A DNA stretch of 64,000 nucleotides from a virus. A model generated the notes under the pieces. That model was given only the letters and a program-made list of their open reading frames with translations, had not been told where the DNA came from and did not search any database. The translations under genes and the position numbers were made by a program. Below, piece by piece: positions 59,455-64,000 of the stretch. Location: the IMG/VR virus record IMGVR_UViG_3300023296_001674, one strand, 5' to 3'. Numbering within the stretch: position 1 is the first letter of the stretch; each line of letters begins with the position of its first letter.

Positions 59455-60297
59455 ATGACAGCAATAAAAATCTATAAGATTCCGATTGTGGTTGATTTGA
59501 CTGTATTGGATCATGGAGTAAAAAATAATAACATGTCTTTTAGGGATAGCGATTTTACCGTTTATAAAAATGCTTACAATCCAATCGAGTTTATCGTTAG
59601 GGATAGTGATAGACGTCCGGTTGATGTAACAAATAAAGATTTAACGATGACTATTGTTGATTTTTATTCGGGGTTAGTTGTGATACAAAAGTCTGTTGAA
59701 ATTCTTGACGCAGCAAAAGGGCGTATTAGATTTTCCATTGATCCATTGGATACGCCACAATGGAATGTTGGAACATATAAGTATTCTATATTGATAACAA
59801 ATGAAGACACAACCATGAATTTATTGGGTGTCGATCAAAACAACCAAGCGATAGGATATTTTGAATTTGTAGACGGTATCCTACCAGAACCATCCGACAG
59901 TCAAAGCATATTAGGCGAGCAGTTCACTCCTGTTAATGTGGTACCACCAACCCTTGAACCAACTATTTACGTTACTGGGGCGTTTCCTGGCGATGCTACG
60001 TTGGGTGATAATGATGGGTTACACACAGTTGTGGTATACTTAACTGATTATGCTGGAAAGTTTTGGATAGAGGCTAGTTTAGAGGATGATCCAACATCAT
60101 TAGATAAGGATTGGTTCATTGTTAATTTGAGTTCGTTCAATGCATATCACGAATTTGGTAACACTCCCAACCCAACAGATATATTCACTGGATTGGAAGC
60201 ATTTAATTTCACCGGAAATATACAATGGGTGAGATTCAAACATCAACCCGATGATGACAATATTGGAACATTGGATAAGGTATTGTTTAGAAACTAA
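59455..60297 (+). CDS. Probable virion structural protein (BppU-like N-terminal domain)
   Basis: NPIEFIVRDSDRRPVDVT...KGRIRF...GTYKYSI; CTAAATA upstream. Confidence 0.55.
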   Translation: MTAIKIYKIPIVVDLTVLDHGVKNNNMSFRDSDFTVYKNAYNPIEFIVRDSDRRPVDVTNKDLTMTIVDFYSGLVVIQKSVEILDAAKGRIRFSIDPLDTPQWNVGTYKYSILITNEDTTMNLLGVDQNNQAIGYFEFVDGILPEPSDSQSILGEQFTPVNVVPPTLEPTIYVTGAFPGDATLGDNDGLHTVVVYLTDYAGKFWIEASLEDDPTSLDKDWFIVNLSSFNAYHEFGNTPNPTDIFTGLEAFNFTGNIQWVRFKHQPDDDNIGTLDKVLFRN

Positions 60298-60355
60298 TAT
60301 TGAATCATTGATTAATATCTGATATAATAATTGAAATATTATATTAGGTACATCC

Positions 60356-62161
60356 ATGACGCAGACATTATACGCATATTATTCACCATTAAATATAAAA
60401 ACTACCCACGTGCAATATAGTGATGAATTTATCACAATTGGATGTGATGATTCTATGATATATACATCAGATACTTATGTATTAGCAATGATTGGCGAGT
60501 TTTTTAACTCAGATGAAATCGCAATAGAAATAGGCGTTGAATTGGAAGCGCATAGCGACGTAGAATTACTTTCAAAATTAATACATATTAAAGGCATCGA
60601 TGATGCTATAACTTTTCTTATAGGATGTTATTCTATAATTTATTATAATAAGCATTATAAATCGTGGTTATTGATAACCGATAAATTAGGCAGTCTATAT
60701 CCGTATTATTACTGTAATTTAGATGATTTTATGATTTCAATTGATCACCATTTATTTAAAAATATAAATTTGAATGTTAATATAAATTGGCTCAATAGAT
60801 ATATAAAAGGTGTATTCAAGCCCACAGTAGAAACTTTTATAAGTGGAGTATATAAACTTTTTGGCGGCATGATGTATTCATACCCAACTAACGAAAAGAT
60901 ACAATATTATGATTTATATGCTGATTTGGATGACGCGTTTTGTAACACAAATCATGATATATCGTCATCGTGCGCCGTTGACTATACTCATAATATTATA
61001 AAAAATACAATAATCAATACTAGTAGAAATTCTGATGCGCCCATATATGGTGTAGAAAATTCATATGGTGTTGATGGTTTAACTATCGTTGCTATATTGA
61101 ATGACTTAAAGATAAAACCCAACACTTATACATCGTTTTTTCCACCACAAATAACAAAACCAAATTTCAATGAAGAAAAAAACGCAGAAATTGTAGAATT
61201 TCGTATGGATATAATCAATAAAGCAAGAAATACATTTAATGCATATAACTATTTTGATGAAATTGTTTATGATGATGTTAATTCGTATATTGATCCGTTA
61301 TGCTTTAAACACTGTTTGGGTATACATTGGGGAGGAAACGTGTTTTTTAAGGACCGGTTGGCTACACAGGCAAAGATAGATGGCGTTACGCATATGTATG
61401 AGGGTGGATATGGTGATGCTGTATTTTTACATAGAACTAGATATATGATTGCTTATATGCTACATCAATATAGTGATCGTTATATTAATATAAAAAAATA
61501 TTTTACACCTGAAGGAACCGAGGCACAACGCATGGCTTCTATTCGGATAATAAGTGAAGATTTTTCTGATATATTAAACAAATATGATGTTTACAGTTAT
61601 GAAGGATTTGATATAACGAGCAATTTTTTATATAAATTTTTTAACGAGTGTGATGGCGATTATATTAAGTATATCATAGCTTCATCATTTATAGAAAATA
61701 CAAATGCAACACCCGATAGATATGGTAGAATGTTGAGTGACATACCAAATATTGATGTGTTTAAGGATATAAGACTATGGAAATACATGCTTCAACTTCC
61801 TGAATATTTAATGTTTGATACTATGAAAAAATCACAAATACAATATGATTTGATAAAAAAATGTGTTGGTGATGGTGATTATGGCATTACGAAAACAGAT
61901 GGATTTGGTTATGAAAAAATGACTTCTGGTTATGATCCAGCACATAAAGACAATTTTTATCGTGCGTCTATTCTTTATAAACATTCAGATAAAACCCGCA
62001 ACGATTTTGATGCTGGATTGATTTTGATGAAAGATTTGGGAATAGATCAAGGATTGATTGAATACTTTACAAAATTAGATGAAGAAAGTAAAGATTGTAT
62101 GCATCATGAGCTATATCGTGTATTGATGTTATATTATTGGCACAACGAGTGGAAACAATGA
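60356..62161 (+). CDS. Divergent asparagine-synthetase-like (Ntn + adenylation) protein
   Basis: GCYSII...TDKLGSLYPYY, SYGVDG (degenerate PP-loop), EGGYGDAVF; no N-terminal catalytic Cys. Confidence 0.6.
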   Translation: MTQTLYAYYSPLNIKTTHVQYSDEFITIGCDDSMIYTSDTYVLAMIGEFFNSDEIAIEIGVELEAHSDVELLSKLIHIKGIDDAITFLIGCYSIIYYNKHYKSWLLITDKLGSLYPYYYCNLDDFMISIDHHLFKNINLNVNINWLNRYIKGVFKPTVETFISGVYKLFGGMMYSYPTNEKIQYYDLYADLDDAFCNTNHDISSSCAVDYTHNIIKNTIINTSRNSDAPIYGVENSYGVDGLTIVAILNDLKIKPNTYTSFFPPQITKPNFNEEKNAEIVEFRMDIINKARNTFNAYNYFDEIVYDDVNSYIDPLCFKHCLGIHWGGNVFFKDRLATQAKIDGVTHMYEGGYGDAVFLHRTRYMIAYMLHQYSDRYINIKKYFTPEGTEAQRMASIRIISEDFSDILNKYDVYSYEGFDITSNFLYKFFNECDGDYIKYIIASSFIENTNATPDRYGRMLSDIPNIDVFKDIRLWKYMLQLPEYLMFDTMKKSQIQYDLIKKCVGDGDYGITKTDGFGYEKMTSGYDPAHKDNFYRASILYKHSDKTRNDFDAGLILMKDLGIDQGLIEYFTKLDEESKDCMHHELYRVLMLYYWHNEWKQ

Positions 62162-62217
62162 TGACATAAGTGTAACTTAATGATAAATAACTATATAATT
62201 GATATAGGAGATTTATC

Positions 62218-63150
62218 ATGTTCATTTATAAAATAACTAATAAAATAACCGGAAAGATGTATATTGGACTGGATTCTAACATCAATAAAACTAGTCGATG
62301 GTCGGCTCATAAAACTACTACTCGTAAATATATAAAAAATAGTGAAACCCCCAAGGGGTATTTGTATCGTGCTATGGTAAAATATGGAATAGATTGTTTT
62401 GATTATGAAATAATAGAAAATAATATCAATTCTAGAGTGACACTTGCAGAACGAGAAATATTCTATATTCAAAAATATGATACATATAACGGCGATCACT
62501 ATAATATGACCATTGGCGGTGATGGCGTAAGTGGGCATACACATGATGTTTCAGATGAGACAAAAATGAAACTAGCGCAAATAGTAAAAGATGAATGGAA
62601 CAAATACACTAATGATGAATATAAAGAACGCTGTAATAATATTCAAAAAGGGATAACACAATATTTAGATTCTATGACGCCCGAACAATATGATGAATAT
62701 ATCGATAAGTGCTCAAGAGCCGGTAAAATATCAAACAGCAAAAGGACATTACAAGAAAAACAAGAATATGCTAAACCACTACGTAAATGGGTCGATTCGT
62801 TATCACCAAATGAACGTAAAATATTAAATGATAAAATATCAGAAGGGCATATCACAAGGTTGGATAATATGACTGATAAAGAAAAAATAGAAGATTCTAA
62901 ACGTCGCTCAAGTAATGCCACAATATGGTGGGATGAAATGTCAGAAGGATATAGTAAAACCATAAGAAAAAAAATGAGCGATAAGAAGAAAAAGAAGTAT
63001 ATCATTACATCGCCAGATGGTATTATTTATGAGTTGACTGGTATATTTGATTTTTGTAAGAAGAACAAGTTGCATCACGGTGCCATGTATGCTATATCTA
63101 ATGGCAAGGCTAAAACATATAAGGGGTGGCATTGTAAAAAGGCTACATAA
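62218..63150 (+). CDS. GIY-YIG (Seg-like) homing endonuclease
   Basis: FIYKITNKITGKMYIG, YLYRAMVKYG, YNMTIGGDG, C-terminal FCKKNKL...YKGW. Confidence 0.88.
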   Translation: MFIYKITNKITGKMYIGLDSNINKTSRWSAHKTTTRKYIKNSETPKGYLYRAMVKYGIDCFDYEIIENNINSRVTLAEREIFYIQKYDTYNGDHYNMTIGGDGVSGHTHDVSDETKMKLAQIVKDEWNKYTNDEYKERCNNIQKGITQYLDSMTPEQYDEYIDKCSRAGKISNSKRTLQEKQEYAKPLRKWVDSLSPNERKILNDKISEGHITRLDNMTDKEKIEDSKRRSSNATIWWDEMSEGYSKTIRKKMSDKKKKKYIITSPDGIIYELTGIFDFCKKNKLHHGAMYAISNGKAKTYKGWHCKKAT

Positions 63151-63153
63151 AAA

Positions 63154-64000
63154 ATGGCTATCGATTTAACACAGATTGTTCTACAATATTTACCAACAGA
63201 CAGAAAGACCAATGCAACTGGATTTTATGTTTGTTGTCCCATGTGTATGTCTATGGGTGAATCAAGACCGGATACAAAATATAGAGGAGGATTTACGATA
63301 GCGCCGGATGGGGGCTGGTTGTTTCATTGTTATAACTGTCATCATAAAAATCGATGGATATACAATGGCAGAGTAGGTAAAAATTTGATGTATTTTTTAA
63401 CATCAATTGGTATACCTTCAAAAATGATTCCTGTGCGTTTGCGGTTATTGCGCAACGATGAAACATTATCAGTAAAAATACACATCGAAGAAGAGGAAGT
63501 TCCAGATATTGCGATAAACTTTGATGAAGTTAAATTGCCATCTGGTTGTTCGTCATTTGATAGTTGGGTTGAAGATGATGAGCCGCCTTCGATGTTCATT
63601 GATGCATTCAGTTATATGGCATCACGCGGTGAAGCAGTGTTTAATGGGTCCACTTATTATTGGACGGGTGATTCGAACTATGCAATCAATCAGCGTGTTA
63701 TCATACCATTCTATCATCATGGTAAAGTAGTTGGATATACAGGCAGAGTATTCACTGGTAATAAAAAATTACGAAAATATTACAGCGAGCAACAGTCGGA
63801 TTATATGTATAATCAAGATTTGCTTGAAGGTGATGCCGAGATTATATTTTTGGTTGAAGGAATACTGGATGCAATATCTATTGGTGGCATCGGCGTGTTA
63901 GGAAATCATTTGACTGAAAAACAGGTTAATTTGTTAAAATGGTCCGGTAAGCGCATTATTTTAATACCGGATAGAAATGATGCTGGGGGTAAATTATTCG
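63154..64000 (+). CDS. DNA primase, gp61/DnaG-like, truncated by window end
   Basis: Not in ORF track. MAIDLTQ...CCPMC...FHCYNC zinc finger; RVIIPF..GKVVGYTGR; TOPRIM VEGILDA...IPDRNDAG. Confidence 0.88.
   Translation, partial: MAIDLTQIVLQYLPTDRKTNATGFYVCCPMCMSMGESRPDTKYRGGFTIAPDGGWLFHCYNCHHKNRWIYNGRVGKNLMYFLTSIGIPSKMIPVRLRLLRNDETLSVKIHIEEEEVPDIAINFDEVKLPSGCSSFDSWVEDDEPPSMFIDAFSYMASRGEAVFNGSTYYWTGDSNYAINQRVIIPFYHHGKVVGYTGRVFTGNKKLRKYYSEQQSDYMYNQDLLEGDAEIIFLVEGILDAISIGGIGVLGNHLTEKQVNLLKWSGKRIILIPDRNDAGGKLF

Noticed and set aside
1-64000. Stop-codon recoding, tRNA genes, and the many short antisense ORFs in the track
   Set aside because: Core genes are full length in code 11 and end in TAA, TGA or TAG; no tRNA cloverleaf seen by eye; nested antisense ORFs lie within well-supported genes

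Overview
AT-rich (roughly 30% GC by eye), gene-dense segment of a large T4-superfamily (myovirus, jumbo-type) phage genome read in the standard genetic code. It holds the core virion and replication module: baseplate genes, gp55-like late sigma factor, gp47/gp46, Holliday-junction resolvase, gp26/gp51-like chaperones, tape measure, portal, protease, scaffold, major capsid, dNMP kinase, neck, sheath, tube, gp4, terminases, gp32, UvsX/Y/W, a mini-DnaE and a primase cut by the window end. Also present are three GIY-YIG homing endonucleases and accessory enzymes (two radical SAM, DegT-type aminotransferase, glycosyltransferase-like, Asn-synthetase-like, mini-MscS, Usg). Two regions stand out. (1) 8.75-10.4 kb: a promoter-driven 286-aa protein with apparent TnpB WED/REC architecture but no RuvC domain, followed directly by a ~750-bp highly structured non-coding element (many hairpins, a predicted pseudoknot, c-GTA-g DNA mini-hairpins); candidate domesticated RNA-guided or origin system. 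(2) 21.7-25.3 kb: a translationally coupled array of 10-11 tiny paralogous genes, divergent in their bodies but sharing a ~36-bp 3' junction (..DAMAFKLRW*) that is mosaic and conserved at synonymous sites; candidate recombination-driven gene-cassette array. Other notable items: a predicted -1 frameshift in the tail chaperone, an ATPase-only duplicate of TerL, and a 204-aa minimal DnaE. All calls come from reading motifs by eye; no database searches were run.
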